This document shows, piece by piece, positions 47,863-62,000 of a DNA stretch of 64,000 nt (position 1 is the first letter of the stretch; every line of letters starts with the position of its first letter). This DNA is from Octopus bimaculoides (taxonomy: Eukaryota). Position numbers and translations under genes: made by a program. A model generated the notes under the pieces. That model did no database searches and was not told the origin of the DNA. It worked only from the letters and a program-made list of their open reading frames with translations. The DNA is taken from positions 104,880,173 to 104,944,172 of the forward strand of contig NC_068984.1 of the NCBI RefSeq assembly GCF_001194135.2. Reading direction: 5' to 3'.

Positions 47863-48534
47863 ACACCATGCTTGTGCCTGTATACAGCCATATCTGTGGC
47901 TATACACAGCCATGCCAGATTCAATCCACCATGATGGATGCACCTAATTAAAAATCTAAATTAAATGGACTAGAATTTTGGTATGTAGGCACCTTCTGAC
48001 AATCTGATGTGTTTTGGTATTAAATGGAATTCCTCACCAAAGTGAAGTCTTATACTCATCAGATTTCTAATGATTTCAGAAAATAATAAAGATTTTAAAT
48101 TATAATCTTTCATTTATTGGGGCAACTTTAATGAATGGCATTGGAAATTTGCCAGGGAGGTCTTCTGCATGGAAAACATATAGTTTAGTAGGAATCAAAA
48201 TCATTATTATTCTCAGTACAAGCAAGTTCATGTCTAGCTGAGAAGACTGAAACATATCCAGACTTGGCATCTACTTCCAAAAGATGAAATTCACTCTCCC
48301 ATTGCATACCATCATTCAATATTTTATTAATTTAGATGGCTGTGTCACACTTACTTTTCTTGAAAAGAAATAATCATTAAAGCTAATGATGTTACTCTTC
48401 ATTATTAATTACTCGTTCTCTACTATTATTACTCATTATTAATTACTCATTCTCCATTTCCATCCAACTTCAGTTTATTTCAAAATATTCAATTTACTAA
48501 TGCACTGAAGAAACATTATTCTTTAGAAAGCTAG

Positions 48535-48970
48535 GTATGGCTGAGTTATTCAGAAGCTTACTGCTCAACCCTCTAGTCTCAGGATTTAGTTTCACTGCGT
48601 GACACTTAGGACAAATGTTTTCTACTACAGCCCTGAACCAACCAAAGCTTTATGAGTGGATTTGGTAGAGAGAAACCAAAAAAAGCCTGTTGCGTTTGTA
48701 TATAAGTATATGCATATGTGTTTGTGTGTACTCTTGTCTTGACATCATGTGATGATTGTAAACAAGCATCACTGTCATACAATTGATGTTGCTTGTCCCC
48801 AGTCTTTCACGAAGAACATGTCTGGCCATGAAGAAATATTACCTTGCTTGGAAACAGGTGAGGGTTGACATCAGGAAGGACATCTGGCCGTAGAAAATTT
48901 GCCTCAATAAATTCTTTCTGACCCATGGAAGAATAAAAAAGTGAATGTTGAAAAGATGATGATGATGATA
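48535..48970 (+). mobile_element. SINE family A full-length type with RTE-like (GAT)n tail
   Basis: ggtatggctgagttattcagaagcttact...gacacttaggacaaatg...agtggatttggtagag...; tail aacaggtgagggttgacatcaggaaggacatc...gatgatgatgat. Confidence 0.78.
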
Positions 48971-51683
48971 AATCGATTTTAGAGATGCTACTGGCAAGCT
49001 CATTTTAACAAATTGAACATCCCATTATCAATATTGTTTCATTCTTAATTGATATTAGATATTGATATAAATCTAAATTTATGAATCCGTACATATGTGT
49101 AATCTGTCTTAGTATGAATGCTTGTCTTTTGCTTGATATTTTTTTAAGTAGATTTTTTAAAAATGCAAACATGGAAATGGAGAAAAGAATATGTAAATGT
49201 CAGCATTATAAAAATGTTATAAACGACATCCCATGAGAGTATATATATATATATATATATGTATGTATATATAGGACATTGAAATAAATATCATAAACGA
49301 AATCAACTCCATGACTGTTGAAAATGTTATTTGTAAAATCCCAAGAGAAAACAATTTTTTGTTGCTTTTGTCACTACTTCCTGTAGTAGTTATTTTACAC
49401 TCAAATAATTTACTAGTATTTGATGAGGTATTTGTTGAATGAAAACTTTAAATAATGAAAAAATCCAGTGAACCAAATTGTTCATAATTTTGCACAAGTT
49501 ACTGCTAGTGTTTATGGAGGTGCTTTGAAGTTTGCATGAACAATTGTTGCGTGTGACTAGAAAAAATAAGTCCCCTCCCCCAATATTTCCTGGGATCTAT
49601 TATTTTGATCTCAATTGTTAATGTGAGTTAAAAAATTTTTTGCTAATGGGTTCAGTCATTGGACTTGTTGGGGCACTGGTTTCAAAGTTGTCTAGTGGAT
49701 TATACTGGTTCTAATTGATTCAGTCTACTACTGGAAATTATACTATTGTCCTCTTATTTTTGAACTAAGTTATGGAGCATAAAGAGACATAATATATGTG
49801 CAATACTTGCTTTATCCAAGGACCAAAAAGTGGGCATATATTTTGTGGGGACTTCCTTATTCAGAGTGGGCAGTGGTATTCTTGAATAGAACAGTGCAAG
49901 TAGTTAGAACTTAAAGTAGCCACCAAATCTTGAGCAGGCAACCATTACACATCTGTCTTGAACATGCATTTCTATTAAACATTTTCCCTAGTTCCTCAAC
50001 CCAAGAACAGCAACAGTTTGGAATTTACAGGCATTGAACTGCAGAAATTTAAGTTAAGCATTAACTACAATGATCAAAGTAGTCTTGGAGGGTCTCCTGA
50101 AACCAAATAGCAAAAAGCAACAAAAACATATTTATGCATTCACTTAACAAATACTGTATCATACTTTTCGAATATACATATAAAACAGCTGGTTGTGTTA
50201 GTGTTGGTTTTCTATTTATTTTGAATATATTCCAATTAATCCTACACTCAATGGTAGCTAATTAAATGTCAGACATGCCCTTCCTTAGCATGCTCTGGGA
50301 TTACATCACACACACTGGTTGAGTGAATTGTAGAATGGTCAGTCTTTTTTACTATACAATCATAGATATAATCAGAGACTCTACAGTCTAGTTTGTTAAT
50401 ATACAATCAAAGACATGGTAGTCACAATGAAGACAGATAATGCAAATCAGAAGCAAAATTTTCTAGAAGGAGTGTAAGAAACAAAAGGATATTTGTGTGT
50501 TGAAGTCAATGAGGATGATGACATGAAGAGAAGTGAATTGAGATAGATATCCTCAATGTAGGACAAGAGTTAATCAGACTGCTTATAGCTGGAAGAATTT
50601 AGAGAGTGGTAAAGACTGTAGATAAACTTAGAAGAATGAGGAAGAATAATTCTGAGTTAGAAAATTCTATATAACCAAAAATTTCCACCTAATATGAAGT
50701 TCAAATATAGAGTGCTGCCTAGACGGCAGAGATGGATAAGAGATAAAGAGTGAGAGATTTGGGTCTCTGAGAAGGCTTAAATATCAATATATAGTTCATA
50801 CATTAAAAGAAGGGTGGTAAAGATTAATCTTGGGTGAAGTCTACGAATATTGGTGTAGTTTGAAATTTCAAAGAGGAATAAAGCTGTAGAAATATACCTC
50901 TTAACTATGGAGCAGAACCTTTATCAAAAGAAGAATCAAGGAATATTACTAGAAACTAGAAAACACTTATAAATTTTCATAAGGACTGCAATCTTTTGAA
51001 AATGTTTGAAACTGGAATATAATTTGATTAGATCTTAGAAATATGAGTATAAATAAAAACATAAAAATGGTCATTTTAGAGCAAAATGCACATTAAATAA
51101 TGGTTGGGGTAGCTTTAAAGAAACTGAATCTTAAAGCCTTTTATTCAGAAAACAAAACAAACAAAAAAAAACCAACATAATTTATTTTTAATGTAATAAA
51201 TTTACTGAACACTTATAAGCAAATGTGATGTTAGAAGTTACATGTATACTAACACAAAAAAAGACAAACAGTAATTTCTGTAGTTTGTTTTATGGTTTTC
51301 TTCTGAAAATTATGATGCAACTTTCATAGAAAACTACCTTATCAAGTAAAATGTCAAGTGAAGTATCAATAAGAGAATATTAAGTTATGAAATAGAGTAA
51401 AAATATTTAGACAATATGGTGTAAGTGATCAATGTGTATGAGTGTGGACCTATGCATGGGAACAATGACAAGATTTTTTGCATATAATTTAATTTTTTGA
51501 GCATATTAACACAGATGTTAGGATTAAGAAAGGTTTAATTTGAACACTGACAACAAAAGCCATTGTGGCAAAATTAGAGCAGAAATGTGAACATATGTAA
51601 TCTAATAGTTGAACAAAGCTTTCAATTTGAATGGATTAATGCATGAATATATGTATGTCTATATGTGTGCATTTTTGTGTGTA

Positions 51684-51714
<31 letters not shown>

Positions 51715-51786
51715 CTATATATACATACACACACTTGTATATACATATCTGTGTGTGTGTGTGTATATATATACACACATGTATGC

Positions 51787-51831
<45 letters not shown>

Positions 51832-52299
51832 TATATATAAGTACATTTAAATGTAAAAAGGAGATGAGAATCAGGGGGAAAAATGGAGAAATTTTCTATA
51901 ATTTCAGCAGTATTCATCTGAATTCTTAACAGTAAAAAAGGAGGCAATACAGAGAATATTATTTTATGTGGTATTATATAATATTAAATATGGATTGCAT
52001 AGATTTTTTATGCATGCCTTCTGCATATAAAACAGAACAAATTCATACATGTTACATACTGATTAATAACCTCAAGATAGATTTCTAAAGCTTCAATTAT
52101 TGATTTTGAAAGATCTTTTGTTATAGCATTTCAGTAACAAAAAATGTGAATAAAGAGAAATATCTATCATTGATCTGAGTTTGAATTGGTCATCTTTTAT
52201 TGAACTCTACTTACAAATTATTGTTCAGCAGAAATATAAGGATATATCTTACATGTAAAAATAAATCATATTTTTTAAGTAAGGCAATGAAAAATTGGT

Positions 52300-52420
52300 A
52301 TAGCTGTTAGAGTATCTGAGAGAATGTTTTGCAGTATTTGTTCTAGCTCTCTGAGTTCAAATCCTGCCAAGGTCAGAGTTTGCATTTCACTCTTTCGGGG
52401 TCAATAAATAAAATACCAGA
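52300..52420 (+). mobile_element. tRNA-derived SINE family B
   Basis: B box GAGTTCAAATCC 52353-52364 then TTTCACTCTTTCGGGGTCAATAAATAAAATACC. Confidence 0.65.
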
Positions 52421-53939
52421 ACAGAATGAAGGATTTGTGAAAATATAAAAAGATTAAACATGAAGTTTTGCTGGGATTTTGTATTCTGAGTTCAAATTCT
52501 ATCTCCTATCACCAATTCCATTGTAGTGAAAAACAGGTTCTTTGAGACTCAGCTAACAATGATAGGCCTCTAACACCAGATAGAATGACATGTCAACTGC
52601 AGTAATGATTTGACAGTATCATTAAAAATTCTTTTTCTTTTTCTTTTTCACTTTATAATGATATTTTAATTGATAAAATTTGAACAAGTTTGATATTTTG
52701 GGCTATAATAAAATATTTAAAAAGAGGACACAATTTGGTTGGGAAAATGTTTACATTTATGTATAAACACAGAAAAGCATTACCAATGAAAAAGTGTATA
52801 CATATGTAGGAAATGAAAATCAGAAGATTGAGAGGGAACTAGAATAAAATAAATTTTAAAGAGTATATAAGGATAGGTTTCTGAGAAATTTCTATGATAA
52901 GATGTAAAAAGATAATGAAAAGAACCACCAGTAAAAAAAAAGTACATATATATCCCAAGAAATAGAGAGAGAATGACAGGTGCAGGTTCCAAAGACAATA
53001 AGAGAAAGAGAAATAAAAGAGAGAAAGAAGAATGTTAAGAGAAAAAGAAAACATAAAAGTGTTTATGAGGGTTGTTAAATAGAGTTCTAGATCAAAATTT
53101 TAGCAAGATGTGTATATACATGCATGTGCGCACACACACACACACACGCACACACAATGTCTTAAGGGAGACCGCCAACTGGAATGCTGGACAACCACAC
53201 ATTTTCTACTCGCATCTTCAAAGATGTGCGAGATAAGAGAGCTCTTACTTAAAAAGGAAGTAAGGATTAGTTAGAGAAAGGGCCTCCAGCTGTTATACAA
53301 TGTTTTAATAATACATTCATCTAACCCATGCAAGCATAAAAAAATGGATGTAAAATATATGAACAAATGAATGAATATGTCTAAACCTACACTGTCTACT
53401 TTGTCATTCTCCTTTTAAGATGATATGAGAGTATTTAGCTAATATTTCTAACAAGTTGGGGATTACATAGAGCAACCATATTGGCTCACTTTCTCATTAT
53501 TTGCAGTAACTTTGTAATCATGGTTTAAATGTGTCATCATCATACAAGCAATGTCCTTTATTTTCAAGCTTGTGTGTAAACATATCCAGTGATAAGGAAA
53601 TATGACCTTGCTTGGAAACAGGTGACGGTTGGTGATATGAATGGCATTGAATTCCATCTGATCATGTAAATATTTATGTAAATGTAACCCTTCTTTATGT
53701 GCAATTCATTCCGATCCAATTACAACAAATACTCTTGTTTTTCTGCATCATTCTCTGCTCTATACACTCACACATCCTTTAAGTACATCATACAGTCCAC
53801 CTTTTATTGAAACAGATTCTTTGTTTCCAACAGTGATGTTATTTTCCTGAATTTCTTCAATCACCTTTCAACCGTAGCCACTGCACTATTACTAGTTCTG
53901 CTTTCTGCACTATTTATGTAATACAAGTAATATAAATAA

Positions 53940-54115
53940 AGCAGCACCCAGGACACATTGTAAATTGGTTGGCACTAGGAAAACTATCCAGCATAGAAAC
54001 CATACCAAAGCAGACATTGCAGTATGATGCAGTCCTTGAACCCATCAGATCCTGTTGAACCATCCACTCCATGGCAACGTGGAAGATGAATGCTCAAAAG
54101 GTTATGATAATGATG
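53940..54115 (+). mobile_element. RTE-derived 3' tail
   Basis: gtaaattggttggcactaggaaaactatccagc...aaccatccactccatggcaacgtggaagatg. Confidence 0.65.
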
Positions 54116-55491
54116 TTTATTCTAGAGTGGCTCATCTATGTCTTCTAACGAGTTAGGTGAGCAGTCCATTGTTACTCATGCTATTAGATTTGTATCAAGC
54201 ACATCAAGAGTGCAATTAAAGGTACAGTATCCAATCAGTCAGATTTCTTCACACTTAATTCAAGTAATAACAATTCAAAATTATCAATTCAACACAAATT
54301 GTAGGTGAAAAAAATGTATATATGATATATATATATATATATATTTATTGTTTTCACCTAATAACTCTGTGTTGAATTCCTACTTTCTTCCTGCTTGTTA
54401 TTTCCCCTGATACTGTTTGGCTTCGTTTGTGGCTCCAACTACTTCCAAACACCTTGGTCATGCCCCCTATTAATTTCTATTTACTAATGGTCTATTAATT
54501 AACTCTTTAAATGTCTTTCAATCCATTTGAATGAATGAAAATAGTATTGCAACAGTTCAGCAGGTTGAAATTTTAAAACATCACAATAAATATTAACAAT
54601 TACACCCCATTATTGTATGTCTCATTATATTTTATTCAGTTAAATAAATCAGATTAGTGCCTCTGAAAATTAATGAAAACATTCTGAAGTTGTTTGTTCC
54701 ATAAGAGATTAACTATGTCAATATTGCTTTGTATATTAGACAAACTAATGAAAAACATGAATGGAAAAAAGGATCCTGAAAGGAAGTGATTTAAATAGTG
54801 TTGGTGATGGAGTATATTGCATGTGATGAGGGATAAAAACACAAGGAGTTTTAATTTGGAGTTGACCACAACTTCAGTCACCTATTCAAAGAAGCAGTAA
54901 TCAATCAGAAAGAGTATTTTTTTTCTTAATGTTGTTCTGGCTATTGGCAATTTTAAATATTTGAATTTAACTTTTACAATGTGCTATTTTGGAGCTGTTT
55001 AGAATATCATTTATAATTACAGTTTAATCAGGACAAAATTGTAAAATAACACCTAAAAAGAAATGCAGTAGGATAAATACTAACATGAAAGAAAGACATT
55101 AAGATACTGCTGCTGCTAATGAGGATAATGTTGACAATGATGACAACAACAACAACAACAACAACAACAACGATTATGATGATAGTGATGATGATGTTAG
55201 TACAGCAATTTTTTTTTTTTTTATTTAAATAGGAATCAGGCTATAATTACTAAGATAAAATGGACTATTTAATATGAAAAAATATATATAAAAAAAGAGA
55301 AAAAATACATATCTAAAATATAATTCATTTGTGAAAGTTTTTTTTCCTTGATAATTAAATAGGTATTGAAATCTGGTAATAAAAATGAAATGTATGTACA
55401 TAAGTGAATTTCAATTACTCTGAAGAAAATCGTTGAAGTGGTTTTAAAATTAAGTCATTGGATTTCTTTGATATAAGCTCCAAGTTCTTAC

Positions 55492-55854
55492 NNNNNNNNN
55501 NNNNNNNNNNNNNNNNNNNNNNNNNNNNNNNNNNNNNNNNNNNNNNNNNNNNNNNNNNNNNNNNNNNNNNNNNNNNNNNNNNNNNNNNNNNNNNNNNNNN
55601 NNNNNNNNNNNNNNNNNNNNNNNNNNNNNNNNNNNNNNNNNNNNNNNNNNNNNNNNNNNNNNNNNNNNNNNNNNNNNNNNNNNNNNNNNNNNNNNNNNNN
55701 NNNNNNNNNNNNNNNNNNNNNNNNNNNNNNNNNNNNNNNNNNNNNNNNNNNNNNNNNNNNNNNNNNNNNNNNNNNNNNNNNNNNNNNNNNNNNNNNNNNN
55801 NNNNNNNNNNNNNNNNNNNNNNNNNNNNNNNNNNNNNNNNNNNNNNNNNNNNNN
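55492..55854. other. Assembly gap (N run); others at 661-670, 28844-29319, 37877-38187, 39250-39259, 43437-43446
   Basis: N characters. Confidence 0.99.
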
Positions 55855-56109
55855 GTTAAAATTCAATTTCCAAAATCTTCAATTAAGATTAATGCATAAA
55901 AAGTTTGTCAAAAAGCTCAGTGAGTTGATTTACCAAAAGAAGTAAAAACAGCAGCTTCAGAAATTTGTCATTTGTCATTCTTTTATGTGTGTGTGTGTGT
56001 CACAAAAGTTGAGAGGAGAAACCGAATGCAGTAAAGGAGCAATAATGAGAAAGAGAGAAAAAGGAAGTTAGAAACAGATAGGTAGTGAGGGAGAGTGACA
56101 ACTCTTGAA

Positions 56110-56245
56110 AATGATAAGGAAGTTTGCTTCATAACCACAAAATTTTGTGCTCAATTCCAGAAAGTTGCATCTTAGACATCTAAGTGTTTGAGTTGACCAA
56201 TGACTTGTAGCTAGAATTTGATTGATGCAAATGTGCTGAGGCCTG
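56110..56245 (+). mobile_element. SINE family A
   Basis: gataaggaagtttgcttcataaccac...ctcaattcc...atttgattgatgcaaatg. Confidence 0.55.
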
Positions 56246-56604
56246 TTTTGTGTGTGTGTGTGTGTGTGTGTGCATGTGTGTGTACATGTGTGTGCACATG
56301 CATTTGTGTGTGTCATATATATGTATATCACCATCATTTTAATATCAACTTTTCCATGCTTGCATAAGTTGGAAGGAGTTCATTGAAGCAAATTTCCTAC
56401 AGCTAGATGCCCTTCCTGTTGCCAACTCTCTCCTGTCTCCAAGTAAAGTAATGGCCAAACATGTTCTTGTAAAATACTGGAAATGAATGACACTGCTTGA
56501 ATGACAGTGATAATTATTTACAACTATCACATGATGTCAAGACAAGAAGATACACACCCACTCACACATACATATGAACACACACATATTTATATATATA
56601 TGAT

Positions 56605-56765
56605 GAGCTTCTTTTCATTTCTGCCTACCAGGTTCACTTACAAGGTATGGTCAGCCCAGGGCTATAGTATAAAAACACTTGCCCCAGATGCTATGCAATG
56701 GACAGAACCGAAAACCATGTAGTTGGAAAACAAACTTTTTAATAACACAACCTCACCTGCAACTA
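56605..56765 (-). mobile_element. SINE family A
   Basis: Reverse complement gcaggtgaggttgtgttattaaaaagtttg...ggttctgtcc...tggggcaagtg...accttgtaagtgaacctggtaggcagaaatg. Confidence 0.7.
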
Positions 56766-57260
56766 TTGCCTGTGCATGCGTGTGTGTGTGTGTGTGTGTG
56801 TGCACGTGCACACACATGCATGCACATGCCATTAAGAGAAGTGCTTCAATGCTCTGGAGTAAGTTCTTCTTTGGGGAGTATGAAAAGTTTTTCAGTGTGT
56901 TTAGTCCTTGAGAGCTTGGATATAATAGAGAATGACAGGTAATGGTAGAGAACTGTTTATTGCACATGCATGGGAGGAAAGTAATTGGTCAAAGAAAAGA
57001 GGTGGAAGAGAGAGAAAGAAAGAGATACACAGCAACAGACTTGGACAGTGGAAGTTATGCTGTCAGCTCACATGTTCTTGTACATAAACACATATATATA
57101 TACACATGCAGATTTGCAATAAACAATATGTATACATATGATGTCCATATGTATGCAGTTTAGATAACTCAATGCACTGTAATGTGAATATACATGTACA
57201 ACCACATTAGCCCATACACACACACACACATACATACATTATTTGTCTCTCTCTCTCTCT

Positions 57261-57300
<40 letters not shown>

Positions 57301-57398
57301 TAAAAGGGTAAAGATTTATCAATTTATTAATTTATTAATAAATCAACAATTAATAATTTTTACCAAGCCCTTCGGTATGTTGCTGATCCCTTAATTAT

Positions 57399-57485
<87 letters not shown>

Positions 57486-57509
57486 TGAATAAATATAAAT
57501 AATATTTAT

Positions 57510-57690
57510 TTGATTTAGGCACAAAGCTAACAGGTTTAAAGTGGGAGAGGTTAGTTAATATCATCAACCCCAGTACTTTATTATGATGAAATGCAAAATT
57601 GACATTGGTGAAATTCAAACCCAGTACATAGAGAGCCTGAAGAAATTCTACAAGGCATTTTATCTGACATTAATGATTCTGGCAAAGATG
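57510..57690 (-). mobile_element. tRNA-derived SINE family B
   Basis: Reverse complement has gggtttgaatttcaccaatgtcaattttgcatttcatc...gtactggggttgatg. Confidence 0.55.
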
Positions 57691-57844
57691 AAAATAAAAC
57701 TAAAAATAAAGGTAAAAACATTATTATTGTGTATAACAGATGGACATAATAACATGTAGGTGGGATGGTTAATGATGATTTAAAATAAGAAACCAAGGGC
57801 TTTTCCAAAATTCGTCAAAGAATTCTGTAAAATTGCTTACCAAA

Positions 57845-58630
57845 GCAATCAACTACCAGATGATGAGCTGTAGAACTCTTCATGTTGTCAAAGACTTCTT
57901 TCACGAATGTAGAGAGCACCATAAGATTTAGATGTAATGCAGTATATGATATTGGTGGACATGTAGCTGACATTTTGGCTAATATGGTACTGGTGTCAAT
58001 GATTGTTGTGATAATACTGATGTAGAGTCAGGTATGGTAAAACAGCAAGCACATTTGAAAATATTTGATTGAGTGTGGCTCTGGAGCTTCTAACAATCTA
58101 AAGAGATTTTCATATATTTTTTTAAGGTGAGAAGTGCTGTGGGGAAAGACTGGAAAAGTGATGGAAAAGTGATGGAATTATAATCCAGAAGCTGAAGAGA
58201 GCTGCATAATTCAGTGGGAGGATGGTCATGTGAAAGTGAGACAGGGGATCTGATATGTAGGGGTACATGTAGAGAATAGGTAAGTACTAGCATGGTTGAG
58301 AGCTTGGGCCTAGTAGAATACAATATTCACAACCATTCAAGGTTGCCCTTGATTGAAAAAGTGCCACATTTGAACAGACTTGGAGTTCAAATAATAATTA
58401 ATACATAACCAATGAAGTTAAAAGAATAGAGAAAATTGATAGCAGATTTGCTGTTTCTAGACTGGGAAGAGTGGAAAGGGGTAGGGTTTGGTGCAATCAT
58501 AGTGAGACTGTTGATAGTGATGATAATATTTAGGAAACTGACGTGTCAAGTATGGAAGAAATGAATTCTTGGGTGGGATGAAATGAATTAGTTTCAAACT
58601 TGTAGGTATCAAGTTGCTGTTTGGTGAGAA
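57845..58630 (-). mobile_element. Penelope-like element relic (linker plus GIY-YIG endonuclease, traces of RT)
   Basis: KNI*KSL*IVRSS (linker), IFKCACCFT (Cys knuckle), HISQNVSYMSTNIIYCITSKSYGALYIRERSL (GIY-YIG; NIIYC at 57953-57939). Confidence 0.75.
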
Positions 58631-58869
58631 GATGGTGGTGCTGCAGTCATCAGTATGTCAACCATACAATTCTGAAGTGAGTTCAGTGAACTGGACTGTT
58701 AGCACCTATAGCAACTCTGCTGAATTATTTGAAGACCCACCATAATTAAGTTCAGATAGATACTGGAAGGTGGCATTGGATCAGATGTAGAGGGCAGTTT
58801 TTAAGAATTGACAGGCCATTGTTGTGTAGAGTTATTTAACTCACACTACTCCATAACTTTCAATTTCTC

Positions 58870-59190
58870 TCTCACCTTATACCTATTCCAATGCCTTTCA
58901 CAAGACCCTTCCTAGCCTTCAAGAGATATAAGAATTTCTGCAACCTTTAGTCTGAAGCTTCTTGGCCCCAAACCACACTCAACTATTTACTTTCAAATAT
59001 CCTCATTGCATGTACTACACTTGTTCTCATCACAGCAATCACCAACCACAAATTCCAGTATCAATTCACCTAAAATTTCAGTTACCCATTCCCAATGATT
59101 TATACTGAACCACATGCAAACTCTGTAGTATCCTTTAGAATCTCACTATTTCAACAAATTTGACCACTCCATTAACTAACTTTTGGTGTC
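58870..59190 (+). mobile_element. Second Penelope-like linker plus GIY-YIG relic, opposite orientation
   Basis: RPFLAFKRYKNFCNL (58903 on), FKYPHCMYYTCS, NFSYPFPMIY, TCKLCSIL (59115) in shifting frames. Confidence 0.65.
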
Positions 59191-60454
59191 TACCACAGGA
59201 CATCACACTCCAGAAAATACAAAAAGCAACACACTGTATACAACATGAAAATGAATATAATGTTTCCACTATTCTCTGTTTGACCTGAAGTTCAATATCT
59301 GTTAGCTGTCATGTTTGAGCCATTGTTTCTTCCACTGGTGCATCATTGTGAAATAACAAAACTCTTAATCTACTTCAAAATAGAGGAATTGTTTGTTCAT
59401 TCAGATATTTAATTTCAAAACAACAAAGACAAAAATAAAACCATACTTGTATAAATGGTAAACTTATTTGGTAAATTATGAAAAACAAATGATCAGGAAT
59501 AGAGTTCAGCATTGTTTTCCAAATAAATTACAAAACTATATAACAGATATGAAAAAGAGAAAGTAAAGGAGAAGGAAGAAATTTTCAAGTTGACAGAGTC
59601 TTTCAAAATATGAATGAATTATTCAGTTTAAACAATGAATAATTAAAGAACAAATATGCCTTATTGTCAAAACAAAAGAACCAAATGTTTGGTGGCTTTA
59701 TGAGATAAACAAATTTAAATAAATGTCAAAAATCCCACCAAAAGAAAAACAAAATGTTTTCTTAAGATTTCCACCAACGCAAATTTCTGATCTTTTCTCA
59801 CTGCACCGAAATAATAAGTTAATGAAGCCACAACAATATTATAAGTTAGATCTCCTTATGGGCAGTCATACAACACTAATATATCAAAATGGAATTACAA
59901 AACTACAATCTGTAAGTGAGAAGTAGTTGTACTGCTAGGATTAGCAAAAGTAAACAAGTTAAGTTAGAGATCTAATTAAGCATGTATTGTTAATAGATAG
60001 AATGTGCTTTAAGTAATATTACATTTGTAGCCATTCCAAGTTTCTTAATGGTTCTTTTTTATTTATCAAAACAAAGCAAATTTTACTCCTGTGAATTTAG
60101 TATAAAATATTAACAAAACTGACCCAACAACACTTCCAGTTTGCAACTTTCTTAAAGTACAGAATTCATATTGAATGCTGTTAATAATTACCTTTTTCTA
60201 GTTTTGTTAAGCATCTGGGGAGAATTTCACTGTAAACTTTAATGTACATGAAATATCCTTTTTATAATAACAATTCAGTTGTTTGTATGTACATATGCTG
60301 TGACATTCTTATTAGTAAGAAATGTTTAACAAAAGAAATAAATGGGTTTTGATAGAATGTAGCCTCTTTAACAAGACTAAGGAAATCCCTTTGCCATAGT
60401 AAGTCATTTTATTCAGTAGCCAAGGAAGGATTACTAATATTATATGTAGGTGAT

Positions 60455-60456
60455 AA

Positions 60457-60552
<96 letters not shown>
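60455..60552. repeat. (GATA)n microsatellite, about 24 units
   Basis: Direct reading. Confidence 0.95.
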
Positions 60553-60853
60553 GTAAATTGATAAATATTTCGACTAAACTAAATATATGTATGTACATAT
60601 ATGTGTATATATTATATGCTATATATGTGTATATGTATGTATCTATCTCTCAAGCAATCTCTTACACTATCTGCCTGTCTACTTGTCTGACAGACTGTCT
60701 ATCTGCCTGCCTGCTTGTATGTCTGTCTGTCTATTTTATAATTTTGCTTAAGTCTAGCAATACTAATAACTTGTTGTTAGACATGAGCATACATATGCTT
60801 CAAAATAATATTTTAGAAGAGTATTAAGCATGATATAGATTAATTTACAAGGG

Positions 60854-60899
<46 letters not shown>

Positions 60900-61769
60900 C
60901 TTGCATGCACACACGTATATTCATGTATGCATATGTATGTAATGTGTTGGTAAGTACATATCTGTATGTGTGTATAACAACAACAACAAAAATGAACAGC
61001 ACCACAAAATGTTTCAAACCTACAAACATACAAGTTGGTCTCAGGCATAATTTCAGTAATAAATGAAAAAATTCATCAATGGCTGCGAAACAAAATGTTT
61101 TGGAAAACAAATTGACAAAAGTGAAAGTAATGTCCTAAACTCAAGGAGCACCACATTAGTGTGTCTACTGCTAGCATCTCTTGAGGATGACATTACTTTT
61201 CTCAGAAATAAAGATGTGTTTTAACTGATAAATATATATCTAGTAAAAACAATACCATTGAGCACGTCTGAGTGAGCCTGCTTGTAATAATAAAATATTT
61301 CTGATATATTTTACAAATTTCCACAGTATCAGATTTAGTGGCATCATGTTCTACTAACTATGAACAATGGCAGCTACAGCAGTAATGATCACTACTCCCC
61401 CTGTTAAATCCATGAATGTTACATAGATTTTCTTTTTCCTTTTCTTTAATAATTGTCTGTAACCACCTGCATTCTTGGTTCCTCTGTGTCTCAACTCACA
61501 CCTCTTCACTTTCTTGTAGCTTGAGGGTTCACAGTGACACCTCATCATCACTATTTTTATCTCTTTCCATATCTACCCCAGTCACTCCTCTCCCTCTCTT
61601 CCATGATGTGAGTAACCATGGAGCTCCACTGCAACAAGAATCCTCTTCTGTTCTGGTTCTTTCTCTCATACTTTGATCCTTCATAAAGCTAAATCCCTCT
61701 TTACCATGGCTCTGCTCATTTGAAGTGAATCTTAGTTGTGCAAGCTGCATGGTGATCTTGCTAATACTA

Positions 61770-61954
61770 GTCCTATTAAAAAACACTCAGTATAAAGTGG
61801 TTTGCATTAGGGAGGGCATCCAGCTATAAAGAACCATGCTAAAGCAGACTGTGGAGCTTAGATACAGTCTTCAGACCCATTGGATTTTGTCAAATCCTCC
61901 AACCAATGTGAGCATGGAACATAGATGTTAAATGATTATGATAAATGCTGCTAC

Positions 61955-61995
<41 letters not shown>

Positions 61996-62000
61996 ATGTC
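61770..62000 (+). mobile_element. RTE-derived 3' tail followed by (GCT)n(GAT)n
   Basis: tataaagtggtttgcattagggagggcatccagc...gagcatggaacatagatgttaaatgat. Confidence 0.72.
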
